Source: Nannocystis bainbridge (GTDB lineage: Bacteria > Myxococcota_A > Polyangia > Nannocystales > Nannocystaceae). From it: DNA of 64,000 nucleotides. Below are positions 1 to 9,981 of the stretch, piece by piece. Position 1 is the first letter of the stretch. The number at the start of each line of letters is the position of its first letter. The stretch is taken from positions 4,000,001 through 4,064,000 of the forward strand of contig NZ_JAQNDL010000001.1 in the NCBI RefSeq assembly GCF_028368995.1, written 5' to 3'. The notes under the pieces were generated by a model. The model made no database searches. It was not told the DNA's origin and saw nothing but the letters and a program-made list of their open reading frames with translations. The translations under genes and the position numbers were made by a program.

Positions 1-1079
1 TCGCCGTCGTACTTGCAGAGCTTGGTGAACAGCACCGTGCGGATCGGGATGTTGACCCCGACCCCGAGCGTATCGGTGCCGCAGATCACCCGCAGCTTGC
101 CCTGCTGCGCCAGCTTCTCGACCAGCAGGCGGTACTTCGGCAGCAGCCCCGCGTGGTGGACCCCGACGCCGTGCTTGAGGTAGCCCTGGATCTCCTTGCC
201 GTACGGCGTGTCGAAGCGGAACCCCGCCATCGCCTCGGCGATCGCCGCCTTCTCCTCGCGCGAGCACAGGTTCGTGCTCATCAGGTTCTGCGCCTCCTCG
301 GCGGCCTCGCGCTGGGTGAAGCTGACGATGTAGATCGGCGCGCGCCCGCGGTCGAGCAGGTAGCCGATCGTCTCGTGCAGCGGCGTCTCGCGGTACTCGA
401 AGTCGAGCGGCACCGGCCGGACCGCCGAGCGGACCACCGCGACGTCCTGCTTCGTCAGCCGCTTGAGCCCCTCCTCGACCTTGGTCGTGTCGCCGAGCGT
501 CGCCGACATCAAAAGGAAGGTCGTGTACGGCAGCGACAGCAGCGGGATCTGCCACGCCATCCCGCGGTCGCGGTCGCCGTAGTAGTGGAACTCGTCGAGC
601 ACCGCGTCGTCGACCGGCGCCGCCCGCCCGTCGCGCAGCGCCATGTTGGCGAGGATCTCCGCGGTGCAGCACAGGATCGGCGCGTCGCGGTTGACGCTCG
701 CGTCGCCGGTCATCATGCCGACGCGGTCGGGCCCGAAGTCGCGGCACAGGGCGAAGAACTTCTCGCTGACCAGCGCCTTGATCGGGCTCGTGTACACGCT
801 CCGGCGCCGGCGGGCCACCGCCGCCAGGTGCATCGCCGTCGCCACCAGCGACTTGCCCGAGCCGGTCGGCGTGTTGAGCACCACGTGCTTGCCGCCGAGG
901 ATCTCGAGGATCGCCTCCTCCTGCGCCGGGTACAGCTCGAGCCCCGTCTCGGTGACCCAATCGAGGAAGCACTCGAGGATCGCGTCCGACGAGGTGCTCT
1001 TGTCGGGGTGCTCGATCAGCTTGGCCGCGAACTCCCGCAGCGTGCGGGACCCGGCGCCGATGTCGTCGACCGCGCTCAC
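1..1079 (-). CDS. Ski2/HelY-like DEAD/DEAH-box RNA helicase (DUF3516-type); runs off the left edge
   Basis: Manual reverse translation from GTG 1079: LYPAQEEAI, Walker [47 protein letters not shown] overlap with the upstream stop codon. Confidence 0.88.
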   Translation of the reverse strand, partial: MSAVDDIGAGSRTLREFAAKLIEHPDKSTSSDAILECFLDWVTETGLELYPAQEEAILEILGGKHVVLNTPTGSGKSLVATAMHLAAVARRRRSVYTSPIKALVSEKFFALCRDFGPDRVGMMTGDASVNRDAPILCCTAEILANMALRDGRAAPVDDAVLDEFHYYGDRDRGMAWQIPLLSLPYTTFLLMSATLGDTTKVEEGLKRLTKQDVAVVRSAVRPVPLDFEYRETPLHETIGYLLDRGRAPIYIVSFTQREAAEEAQNLMSTNLCSREEKAAIAEAMAGFRFDTPYGKEIQGYLKHGVGVHHAGLLPKYRLLVEKLAQQGKLRVICGTDTLGVGVNIPIRTVLFTKLCKYDG

Positions 1080-2860
1080 TGCGGCAAGATCTCGCCGGCG
1101 AGCGGGTAAGAGGGGCGGATGTCGACCGGGATGTTGCCCAGCTTGTCGAGCGCGGCCTGCAGCAGCGGCGTGATCTTGCCGTACTCCTCGAGCAGCTTGT
1201 CGGCCGCCGCCTTGTCGCCGCTGTGCTGGATCAGGCAGATGTCGCGCACCAGCTCGGAGATCGCCGTCTCGAGCTTGGCGAGGTCGACCTTGAACTTGCC
1301 GCTCGAGCTCTCGGGCATCACGGCCCCGGCCGCGAGGAAGCGGTTCAGCTGCAGCGCCGCCCCGCGCCCGTGCGCCTCGGCCACGCCGAAGCGGGCGCTG
1401 CGGAACAGCCCGGCGAAGTACGACAGCAGCACCTTGTCCTTCAGCTCGGCCGCGAGCTCGCCCTTCTCGATCATGTAGAGCACGTTGTAAGCGCCCATCA
1501 CGTCGGCCTTGGCCTCCTCGAGCGGCGAATAGCTGGCCTCGAGCGCGACCCGGACGTCGACCTTGGCGGCCTTCTTGCCGTCCTTGTCCTTGGCCGCGTC
1601 GCCGCCGACGAACGCCGGCCCGAGGCTGTGCGACAGCTCGTGGAACAGCACCTGCAGGAAGAACGCCTCGCCCGACAGCGACGCGACGTGATCGGCGTGC
1701 AGCACCTCGTTGCCGATCGGGCGCATGATCGCCTCGAATTTGGTCTGGATCAGGTTGCGCAGCAGGACCTTCTTGGCGCCCTTCTCGGCCCGGACGCGCT
1801 CGTCGTTGGGCAGGTTGAACGCGATCGTCTGCACCGACTTGCGCGCGTCGCCGGCCGAGAACACCAGGTCGACCACGCGGATCGGGCTCTCGCTGCCGCG
1901 CTTCGTCTTGATGTCGTCGGGGATCGGCAGGTGCTGCTCCATCTCCGGCAGGTACTTCTTGTACTTGGCCAGCTCGGCCGAGGCCTTGGGGTCGCTGACG
2001 GTGACGAAGGCCTCGAACGCGGCCTTGAGCCCGAGCAGCTCGTCCTCGTAGGTCTCGTAGGGCCCGATGGTGATCTCGACCAGGCTGTCGAGGTCCATCC
2101 AGTCCTTGTCCGACTGATAATAGTCGTCGGAGCGGAACGCCTGCGCGCGCGAGCGCAGGAACTTCGTCAGCGACCGATTCTTCGTCAGCTTGGCCGCGTC
2201 CTCGAGCGCCTTGGCGGCCGGGCCCAACCACTCGCCGTACTCGGCGCTGTAGGGCCGCGCCTCGAGCTTGTCACCGACGCGGGCGATCACCGTGGTCAGG
2301 CTCTCGAACGCCGCCCTGTCCTCCGGGTGATCGGCGACCCACTTCTTGAAGGCGTCGGCGCTGAGGTCCTCGGGATAAAAACCACCGCCCGCGGGGTGCG
2401 GCTGCGTGGTCGCGAACGGGGCGTAGTGCGCCTGTCGGTCCCACGGCCCGCGCATCACCGTGAAGTAGTCGAGCTTGATGACCCCGAGCTCGCTGGTGTC
2501 CTTCTCGAGCTCCGCCCGCAGCGCCGGGTTGCCGGCCCACGCCTGGCGGTCGAAGATCGGGTCCATCAGCCGCGCCGCCTCGATCAGCTTGTCGAGCGCC
2601 GCCTTCTCCGCCGGCGGCAGCGCCGACACGTCGGTCGTCAGCGGCGAAGTCACGAACTGATCGATCTTCGCGCGCAGCAGCTCGGCCTGGGTCGGCGGCT
2701 TCACCTCCGGCTGCTTCGGCGCCGGCTTCGCCGGCTTGGCCGGCTTCACCGCCTCGTCCTCGGCCTCCTCCGCCGGGGCCCTGTCGCTCTTGCTCACGTC
2801 GGGGTTCTGGCACGCGGCGAGCGCGAGCGCCACGAAGATGGTCGAGCGGACAGGCGGCAT
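1076..2860 (-). CDS. Peptidase M49 (dipeptidyl peptidase III-like) lipoprotein
   Basis: C-terminal part of ORF 1076..4228. Lipobox [25 protein letters not shown] and EEAKAD zinc-binding motifs. Confidence 0.85.
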   Translation of the reverse strand: MPPVRSTIFVALALAACQNPDVSKSDRAPAEEAEDEAVKPAKPAKPAPKQPEVKPPTQAELLRAKIDQFVTSPLTTDVSALPPAEKAALDKLIEAARLMDPIFDRQAWAGNPALRAELEKDTSELGVIKLDYFTVMRGPWDRQAHYAPFATTQPHPAGGGFYPEDLSADAFKKWVADHPEDRAAFESLTTVIARVGDKLEARPYSAEYGEWLGPAAKALEDAAKLTKNRSLTKFLRSRAQAFRSDDYYQSDKDWMDLDSLVEITIGPYETYEDELLGLKAAFEAFVTVSDPKASAELAKYKKYLPEMEQHLPIPDDIKTKRGSESPIRVVDLVFSAGDARKSVQTIAFNLPNDERVRAEKGAKKVLLRNLIQTKFEAIMRPIGNEVLHADHVASLSGEAFFLQVLFHELSHSLGPAFVGGDAAKDKDGKKAAKVDVRVALEASYSPLEEAKADVMGAYNVLYMIEKGELAAELKDKVLLSYFAGLFRSARFGVAEAHGRGAALQLNRFLAAGAVMPESSSGKFKVDLAKLETAISELVRDICLIQHSGDKAAADKLLEEYGKITPLLQAALDKLGNIPVDIRPSYPLAGEILPQ

Positions 2861-2979
2861 GGGGCCGCAGGATACACTTCGCGCCCCGCCCCGTCGAGCG
2901 CACCCCAGCGACTCGTCAGCGACTTCTCGGGCCACGCGCGCCGCCCGTCGTGCGCGCAGCGGGTACGCCGGCGTCGCTG

Positions 2980-4017
2980 TTACTCGGACTTCGCCCCGTC
3001 GAGCGCGCGCCACAGGAACGGCAGCGACACGTCGAGGCGGTAGCTGGTATTCGAATGGTCGTCGGGGAACTCCTCGTACGTGTGCGCGATGCCCAGCGCG
3101 CTCAGCCGCCGCACCAGCGCGCGCGCGCCGAAGTGGGCCATGTATTGATCGCGCGAGCCGGCGTCGATGAAGAGCCCGTGCAGCCGCCGCAGGTTGGCCT
3201 GCACCTCCGGCGCCTCGACCATGCGCAGCGGGTCCCAGCGCAGCCAGCGGGCCCACGCCTCGGCGTCGAGCTCGCACGTGTGCGGGTCGACCGGCAAGCG
3301 CACGCCCATGAACGCGGAGGGGTCGGGGTCGTAGGTGGCCGCCATCGCCAACAGCATCAGCGGCAGGTGATCGCCGCCGCCCCACTTCGGCGCCGCCGCG
3401 AACGCTTTTAAAAAGCCCTCGACCCCGCCGTGGCGCTGCAGCGCCGTCAGCAGCTTGGGGAAATCTGGCCGATAGACCAGGTCGAAGTTGCAGTCGCCGG
3501 CGTGACAGCCGACCGCCCCCCACACGTCGGCGCGGCGCATGCCGTGGACCAGCGCCCCGTAGCCCCCGCTCGAGTGGCCGAACAGCGCCCGCCCCGCGCG
3601 CCCGGGCTCGATCCGGAACTCCCGCTCGAGCCGCCGCGGCAGGTCCTCGGCCAAGAAATCCTCCCACAGCCCGAGCGCGCTCGAGTTGATGTACTGATTG
3701 CCACCGAGCGCCGTGAAGCAATCGGGGAACACGCCGATCACCGGCCCCATCGCCCCGCTGGCGATCAGCCGATCGAGCCGCTGCGGCATCGACTCGCCGA
3801 ACCCGGTCCACCCGAGCCGCTTGAGCCCCGAGCTGCTGTACCCCGCCAGATCGACGAAGATCGGGTAGCGCTCGTGCCCGCGCTCGTAGCCCTCGGGCAA
3901 GTACACCGCGACCGCCCGCGACGGCGGATCGCCGACCACGTTGGCCGCCAGCGCCGGCGAATCGATCTCGAGATGGACGGTGGTGCCGCGCGGCTGAGCG
4001 TAGTTGTGGATCGGCAT
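2980..4017 (-). CDS. Alpha/beta-hydrolase, Fes/enterochelin-esterase-like
   Basis: VYLPEGY, GHSSGG nucleophile elbow, C-terminal DDH catalytic His. Start MPIHNY. Confidence 0.8.
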   Translation of the reverse strand: MPIHNYAQPRGTTVHLEIDSPALAANVVGDPPSRAVAVYLPEGYERGHERYPIFVDLAGYSSSGLKRLGWTGFGESMPQRLDRLIASGAMGPVIGVFPDCFTALGGNQYINSSALGLWEDFLAEDLPRRLEREFRIEPGRAGRALFGHSSGGYGALVHGMRRADVWGAVGCHAGDCNFDLVYRPDFPKLLTALQRHGGVEGFLKAFAAAPKWGGGDHLPLMLLAMAATYDPDPSAFMGVRLPVDPHTCELDAEAWARWLRWDPLRMVEAPEVQANLRRLHGLFIDAGSRDQYMAHFGARALVRRLSALGIAHTYEEFPDDHSNTSYRLDVSLPFLWRALDGAKSE

Positions 4018-4170
4018 GTCGTTGCGCGCGGGAGCATACACCGCTCGGCTCGCGGCTCCGCCCGCCCGCTCGCGCTCGTCCGCGCAGCGAGCCCGTAGGC
4101 CGCGCACGGCCGCGCCACGCCCCGGAGCCGCGGTTGACAAGCTTCCGACGATCATGAGACCGTTTGCGCG

Positions 4171-5040
4171 ATGTCGCGCATTCAGGCCCTGCTGCCCGCC
4201 GCCCTGCTGCTGACCGGCTGCGTCGCACCTGGCCTGAAGTACATCCCGATGACCTCTTCGTCCACGGGCGACAGCGACTCGACGACCACCACCGATGGTG
4301 AGAGCAGCTCGACGAGCGGCCCGATCATGACGACCACCGAGGACGAGGGCACCGGCGCCGCGTCGCACTCCGGCACGACCTCGACCGGCACCGAGCCCGA
4401 TACGAGTAGCACCACCATGACCACCGACGACGGCAACCCCGTGTGCGGCGACGGCGTCGTCGACGGCGACGAGGAGTGCGACGACGGCAACGACGTCGCG
4501 GGCGACCGCTGCCACGCCTGCGCCAAGAACCGCTGGATCTTCGCCACGGCCGCGCTTCACAACGACCCCACCTGGGGCGGCGTCGAGGGTGCCGACAGCC
4601 TGTGCCGGCAATACGCGCTCCAGAGCGGCCGCGCCGACGACTCGTGGAAGACCTTCATCGCCTGGATGTCCGACGCCGACCACGACGTGCGCGACCGCCT
4701 CTACCCGGGCCGCGGCCGCTACGTGCGCACCGACGGCGTCGTCGTCGTCGCCTCGGTCGAGCAGTTCTTCTCGGGCTCGATCGACGCCCCGATCAACGTC
4801 GACGAGCACGACAACCAGGACCTTTTTGGCGCCGTCGTCACCGGCACCAAACCCGACGGTACGGCCGCACCTGGCACGCATTGCGAGAACTGGACCGTGG
4901 AGAAGCTCTCCGACTTCTCAGCCCACATCGGCTTCGTCACGGAGACCGACGAGCGCTGGACGATGGAACCCGATCCCCAATTCAATCCCGTGCGCTGCAT
5001 CGGCCTCAACGCCCGATTCTATTGCATCGAGGGTGAATGA
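4171..5040 (+). CDS. Lipoprotein with Thr/Ser linker, Myxococcus cysteine-rich repeat and DUF1554/endostatin-like C-terminal domain
   Basis: LLTGC lipobox, CGDGVVDGDEECDDGN, GGVEGADSLC, HCENWT...FYCIE. Confidence 0.7.
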   Translation: MSRIQALLPAALLLTGCVAPGLKYIPMTSSSTGDSDSTTTTDGESSSTSGPIMTTTEDEGTGAASHSGTTSTGTEPDTSSTTMTTDDGNPVCGDGVVDGDEECDDGNDVAGDRCHACAKNRWIFATAALHNDPTWGGVEGADSLCRQYALQSGRADDSWKTFIAWMSDADHDVRDRLYPGRGRYVRTDGVVVVASVEQFFSGSIDAPINVDEHDNQDLFGAVVTGTKPDGTAAPGTHCENWTVEKLSDFSAHIGFVTETDERWTMEPDPQFNPVRCIGLNARFYCIEGE

Positions 5041-6146
5041 ACATGCGACCCGAAATTTTCCTCGTCGGACTGGCGACCGTATTCATGGCAACAGCATGCA
5101 CCGACGACCCGCTGGTCTCGATGCCAGCCTCGGACGGAGGGAGCGGTTCGCAGACCTCCTTCGAGCCGCCGTCTTCCACGTCCGAGACCACCGCGGAGCC
5201 ACCGATCACCAGTACCCTCCCGACGACGGGCTCCGCCTCGACTGGCGAGCTCACCGCAACCAGCGGGCCTGACGGCTCGATCTGCGGCGACGGCGTCGTC
5301 GGCGAAGAGGAGCAGTGCGACCTCGGCGAGGCCAACGCCAACGCGGGCGCTTGCACGCTCGAGTGCAAGCTCGCCTCGTGCGGCGACGGCCTCGTCCAGG
5401 AGGGCATCGAGCAGTGCGACTTCGGCCTCGGCAACGACGACTCCTACGATGGCTGCCTCGATTGTGCCTTCGGCCCTCGATGCGGCGACGGGCTGCTCCA
5501 GGCCGAGCATGAGATTTGCGACCGGGGCGCTCTCAACGGCACGGGCGTCACGGACGACGAGCTCGCCCCGTGCTCCCTCGTCTGTGGGTACTTTGGTCGA
5601 TTGCTTTTCATCACCAGCCAGCAGTACTCGGGCAACCTCGGCGGTGTCTCTGGCGCCGACCTGAAGTGCCAGGCCGCTGCTGCGGCTGCCGGCTTGGAGC
5701 ACGCCCATACCTACCGCGCCTGGCTGAGCGACAATTTTCAGGCTCCAGAGACTCGCTTCGACCAGTGGGAACTGCCGGGAGTACCCGTCATCCTCCCCGG
5801 CGGAGTCGTCGTCGCCGACGACTTGGCCGACCTGGTCGGCAATGGCCCGCACACGGGAATCGCCCGCACCGAGCTCGGCGATTCTGTGTTCAACCGGCCA
5901 GTATGGACCAATACATCGGCGTTCGGCGAGATCTTCAGCATCGATGATCACTGCGAGAACTGGCTCGCCGCCGACATCATGCTGGTGGCCCGTCGCGGCT
6001 TCAACGCGCTTGTCCTCGAGCAAGGCGTCGACTGGGACCTCTGGCGAGCCGAACGCTGGTGGACCAGCTTCGAGACCTCGCAGTGCAAGCAGCTCGCCCA
6101 CCTCTACTGCATCGACGACGGCTTCGTCCTCGAGCAAGAGCGCTGA
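5037..6146 (+). CDS. Lipoprotein with three Myxococcus cysteine-rich repeats and DUF1554-like domain
   Basis: ATAC lipobox, CGDG...EQCD repeats, GNLGGVSGADLKC, HCENW...LYCID. ATGA overlap with its paralog. Confidence 0.7.
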   Translation: MNMRPEIFLVGLATVFMATACTDDPLVSMPASDGGSGSQTSFEPPSSTSETTAEPPITSTLPTTGSASTGELTATSGPDGSICGDGVVGEEEQCDLGEANANAGACTLECKLASCGDGLVQEGIEQCDFGLGNDDSYDGCLDCAFGPRCGDGLLQAEHEICDRGALNGTGVTDDELAPCSLVCGYFGRLLFITSQQYSGNLGGVSGADLKCQAAAAAAGLEHAHTYRAWLSDNFQAPETRFDQWELPGVPVILPGGVVVADDLADLVGNGPHTGIARTELGDSVFNRPVWTNTSAFGEIFSIDDHCENWLAADIMLVARRGFNALVLEQGVDWDLWRAERWWTSFETSQCKQLAHLYCIDDGFVLEQER

Positions 6147-6446
6147 GCCCGAGCCGCATCGGTCCGCGACGCTCGCCCCCTCTGCGTCGCGGTGAGAATC
6201 AGCCACCCGACCGGGCCTCGCGAGGTCTGCGGCCCCGCCGAATCCTCCAACGGGCAGAGCAAGCACAGCCGCGGCCGCGGCTCCTCGACGCTTCGCCCTC
6301 GCTTCGCCGCGGATCCCCGGCGTTGAACGTCGCTTGGGAGGCTCTCGCCCCGCTCGCCCGTCATTTTTTCCTCCCCCACGCGACCCGACTCACGTCCCGG
6401 TCTGTCCCGCTCGCAGCTTCCGCGGTTTACCCTCGCGCCGCTCCTC

Positions 6447-6935
6447 ATGGCGCGCACACCTCGGCTCACCCGTTCGCCTGCTCGAGAGCTGCGGCTCGGC
6501 GTCAAGTTGCGGGTCATCTACGCCGACACCGACCAGATGGGCGTCGTTTACCACGGCACCTACGCGCGCTACCTCGAGGCGGCGCGGGTCGAGTACATGC
6601 GGGACGCCGGGCAGACCTACGCCGACGTCGAGGCCGCCGGGTTCGCCTTGCCGCTGACCGACCTGCAGATCAGCTACCTCTCGCCGGCGCGTTACGACGA
6701 CATCCTCTCGATCATGGTCGGCGTCGTCGAGATCGGCTACGCGCGGCTCATCCTCGGCTACCAGGTGCTCGTCGCTGCTGGCGATCGCAAGGGCCTGGAG
6801 CAGCCGTTGACCCTCGCCTTCGCCGAGACTTGCCACTGTTGCATCGCCCGCGCCGATGGGCGCCCGGCGCGTTTTCCTGGCCCGCTGCGGGCCGCCCTCG
6901 CCAACCTGGCCCCCGAGCCAGAAGGAGACGACTGA
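6447..6935 (+). CDS. Acyl-CoA thioesterase (YbgC/4HBT hotdog family)
   Basis: RVIYADTDQMGVVYHGTYARYLEAAR signature. Confidence 0.88.
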   Translation: MARTPRLTRSPARELRLGVKLRVIYADTDQMGVVYHGTYARYLEAARVEYMRDAGQTYADVEAAGFALPLTDLQISYLSPARYDDILSIMVGVVEIGYARLILGYQVLVAAGDRKGLEQPLTLAFAETCHCCIARADGRPARFPGPLRAALANLAPEPEGDD

Positions 6936-6936
6936 C

Positions 6937-7899
6937 ATGGACCGCACCCTCGTGCTCGAGTACACCCGCGTCACCGAGGCCGCCGCGATCGCCGCCTCGA
7001 CCATGATCGGTCGGGGCGACCGCAACGGCGCCGACGCGGCCGCCGTCAAGGCCATGCGCGAGGCGTTCGAGCGCGTCGCGGCGCGCGGCACCATCGTCAT
7101 CGGCGAGGGCGAGCGCGACGAGGCGCCCATGCTCTACATCGGCGAGAAGGTCGGCCCCTCCGACCCTTCGCTGCCCGAGGTCGACATCGCCGTCGACCCG
7201 CTCGAGGGCACCAACCTGTGCGCCAACGGCTTGCCCGGGGCGATCACCGTGCTCGCCGTCACCGACCGCGGCCTGCTCCTCAACGCCCCTGACTGCTACA
7301 TGATGAAGATCGCCTGCGGCCCCGAGGGTCGCGGCAAGATCTCGCTGTCGAAGTCGCCGCGCGACAACCTCTACACCCTCGCCGCCGCCAAGGGTCGCCG
7401 GCCCGACGAGCTCACCGTCGTCGTGCTCGACCGGCCGCGCCACGAGAACCTCGTCACCGAGCTGCGTGAGGCCGGCGCTCGCATTCACTTGATCACCGAC
7501 GGCGACGTCGCCCCCGTGGTCGCCACCTGCATCCCCAAGAGCGGCATCGACATGGTGTACGGCATCGGCGGCGCGCCCGAGGGCGTGCTCGGGGCTGCGG
7601 CGATCCACTGCATGGGCGGCGAGTTCATCGGCAAGCTGGTGTTCCGCTCCGACGACGAGCGTCAGCGGGCGATCGCCATGGGGCACAAAGACCCCGACCG
7701 CGTGTTCGGCGTCGAGGATCTGGTCCGGGGCGACGTCATCTTCGTCGCCACCGGCGTCACCGGGGGCCCCCTGCTGAAAGGTGTGCGACGAATCGGTGAT
7801 CGCATGCACCTGCAAAGCCTGGCCATCCGCAGCAAGACTGGCACAATACGGTGGGTCGACACCTCGGTCGACGCACTCCGCTTCCTGAGCGAGCACTGA
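6937..7899 (+). CDS. glpX: Class II fructose-1,6-bisphosphatase
   Basis: RVTEAAA, IVIGEGERDEAPMLYIGE, AVDPLEGT, DRPRH, GIGGAPEGV. SD AAGGAG upstream. Confidence 0.95.
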   Translation: MDRTLVLEYTRVTEAAAIAASTMIGRGDRNGADAAAVKAMREAFERVAARGTIVIGEGERDEAPMLYIGEKVGPSDPSLPEVDIAVDPLEGTNLCANGLPGAITVLAVTDRGLLLNAPDCYMMKIACGPEGRGKISLSKSPRDNLYTLAAAKGRRPDELTVVVLDRPRHENLVTELREAGARIHLITDGDVAPVVATCIPKSGIDMVYGIGGAPEGVLGAAAIHCMGGEFIGKLVFRSDDERQRAIAMGHKDPDRVFGVEDLVRGDVIFVATGVTGGPLLKGVRRIGDRMHLQSLAIRSKTGTIRWVDTSVDALRFLSEH

Positions 7900-7904
7900 G
7901 CCAC

Positions 7905-8849
7905 ATGTCCTTCAAGACCTGTCTCTTCGTCACCGCCCTGGCCCTGCCCGGGCTCCTCCTCGGCTGCGGCGACCCGGCCCCGGGGGGCACCACGGGCGGG
8001 ACCGACGACACGACCGACACCGGCTCGTCGAGCGGCCCCGGCACCAGCCTCACCGAGCCGACCACCACCGAATCGGTGATGACCTCGGACACCCTCACCA
8101 CGAACACCACGGACGTGCCCGATGGTTGTGGCGACGGCGTGAAGAACGGCGAAGAGAGCGACATCGACTGCGGCGGCACCTGCAGCCCGTGCGGCGGCGG
8201 CCTCGCCTGCGACGAGGACGTCGACTGCAGCTCGGACAACTGCGACGCCGGGACCTGCGTGGCGCTGCCCGCCAGCTGCATGCAGCTGCTCGACGCCAAG
8301 CCCGACCTGCCGAGCGGCACCTACCCGCTCGACCCTGACGGCGACGGCACCGCGGCCGATTTCTACTGCGACATGGACCCCGAGAGCCCCGGCTGGACGC
8401 AGGTGTTCGCGGCCGGCGGCGAGGGCACCTGGACCCCCGAGGTCGAGGGCGCCTGCGGCGACCTCGGCGCCATGATGGGCCCGTTCGGCATGGGCGACGT
8501 GCTCCTGCTCGCCACCACCGCCGCCGCCGTCCCGCACAAGCAGCTGCGCGTGGTCGCCGAGGCGGTCGTGATGGACTCGTGGGACGCCTTCAACGGCGAG
8601 CAGCTGCTCATCAAGCTCGACGACGTCGACATCTTCTCGCACCTGTGCGACTCGGCCTCGCCGTTCAGCTGCAACCAGGACGAGGACGCCTGCGGCAGCG
8701 GCGGCGTCGGCGACGGCGTGTTGCCGATCGCCACCGACCCGGCCACGCACGAGGGCGACGCCATCGCCCTCAGCTTCACCAGCAACCTCGACGAGCCCAT
8801 CGAAGACGAGTCGTGGGGCATCCGCGACGTCGCGGTGTTCGTCAAGTAG
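7905..8849 (+). CDS. Cys-rich lipoprotein with fibrinogen-like N-terminal motif
   Basis: LLGC lipobox, Thr linker, CGDGVKNGEESDIDCGG, SC..L...PSGTY.LDPDG...FYCDM...GWT. Confidence 0.65.
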   Translation: MSFKTCLFVTALALPGLLLGCGDPAPGGTTGGTDDTTDTGSSSGPGTSLTEPTTTESVMTSDTLTTNTTDVPDGCGDGVKNGEESDIDCGGTCSPCGGGLACDEDVDCSSDNCDAGTCVALPASCMQLLDAKPDLPSGTYPLDPDGDGTAADFYCDMDPESPGWTQVFAAGGEGTWTPEVEGACGDLGAMMGPFGMGDVLLLATTAAAVPHKQLRVVAEAVVMDSWDAFNGEQLLIKLDDVDIFSHLCDSASPFSCNQDEDACGSGGVGDGVLPIATDPATHEGDAIALSFTSNLDEPIEDESWGIRDVAVFVK

Positions 8850-8856
8850 CGCCCGC

Positions 8857-9939
8857 GTGACCCACTTTTTCTTCTGCGTCTGCCAGCTCGGCGCCGAGCC
8901 GGCCGTCAAGGTCGAGCTCGCCACGCTGCGCCCCGAGCTCCGCTTCGCCTACAGCCGGCCGGGCCTCGTCACCTTCAAGTCGCCCGGGCCGGTGGCCCCC
9001 GACGCCCCGCTGCCGGCCGTGTTCGTGCGCGCCTTCGGGGCCTCGCTCGGCCCGGCCGACAGCCCCGAGCAGGTGTTCACAATGCTCTCCGGGACATGTC
9101 CCGAAGGCCAGCCAATTCGCCTGCACGTGTGGGAGCGCGACGTCACCCGCCCCGGCGAGGAGCCGCCCGGCTTCCGCTACGGCCCGCGCGCCGCCGAGGT
9201 CCGCGCCGCGCTGACGGCCGCCTGGCCCGCGCAGCGCCATCCGCTGCTCGCGGGCGAGGTCGCCGAGCCTGGCGATCGCGTGCTCGACGTCATCGTCGCC
9301 GAGGGCGAGCCGTGGTGGATCGGCCATCACGTCCACGGCCCCGGCCACTCCCCGTTGCCCGGCGGGCGGATCGCCGTCGACATGCCGCCCGAGGCCCCGT
9401 CGCGCGCCTATCGCAAGCTCGAGGAGGCGCTGATCTGGTCCGGCGCCCCGGTGCGCGCCGGCGACGTCGCGGTCGAGATCGGCAGCGCCCCCGGCGGCGC
9501 CAGTTATGCCCTGCTGCGCCGCGGCGTCACCGTCTACGGCATCGACCCGGCGCTGATGGACCCGGTCGTGCTCGATTACCGCGGCGAAAGTCCGGCCGAC
9601 AATCGCTTCATTCACTTGCACCGCCCGATGAGCCTGGTCCAGCGCGCCGACCTCCCGGCCGCGCTGCACTGGGTGCTGATGGACGTGAACCTCGCCCCGC
9701 AGGTCGCCCTCATCACCGCCCGCCGCCTCGCCGCCCGGCCTCGCCACGCGCTTCACGGTGTTCTCCTCACTCTCAAGCTCGACGACTGGCGCGCCGTCCG
9801 GCACGTGCCCCGCCTGCTCGCCTCGATCAGCGCCATGGGCATGGAAGAGGTCAAGGCCACGCAGCTGCCCAGCAATCGCATGGAGCTGTTCGTCTGCGGC
9901 CTGACCCGCGCCGGCCTCCAGCGCCTCACCGGCCACTGA
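8857..9939 (+). CDS. RlmM/FtsJ-like SAM-dependent RNA methyltransferase
   Basis: APSRAYRKLEEAL, EIGSAPGG, GIDPA, LMDVN, LTLKL. Confidence 0.75.
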   Translation: MTHFFFCVCQLGAEPAVKVELATLRPELRFAYSRPGLVTFKSPGPVAPDAPLPAVFVRAFGASLGPADSPEQVFTMLSGTCPEGQPIRLHVWERDVTRPGEEPPGFRYGPRAAEVRAALTAAWPAQRHPLLAGEVAEPGDRVLDVIVAEGEPWWIGHHVHGPGHSPLPGGRIAVDMPPEAPSRAYRKLEEALIWSGAPVRAGDVAVEIGSAPGGASYALLRRGVTVYGIDPALMDPVVLDYRGESPADNRFIHLHRPMSLVQRADLPAALHWVLMDVNLAPQVALITARRLAARPRHALHGVLLTLKLDDWRAVRHVPRLLASISAMGMEEVKATQLPSNRMELFVCGLTRAGLQRLTGH

Positions 9940-9981
9940 CTTCGTCGCTTCGTCGGCGCGGGTGTGGTGTATTTTCCGCGC

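Noticed and set aside
4134-4139. Perfect TTGACA -35 hexamer
   Set aside because: No acceptable -10 box at 16-18 nt spacing.
2861-4228. N-terminal extension making a 1050-aa esterase-peptidase ORF
   Set aside because: The extension is an out-of-frame read through the esterase gene. The peptidase has its own signal peptide and TATCCT box at 2860.
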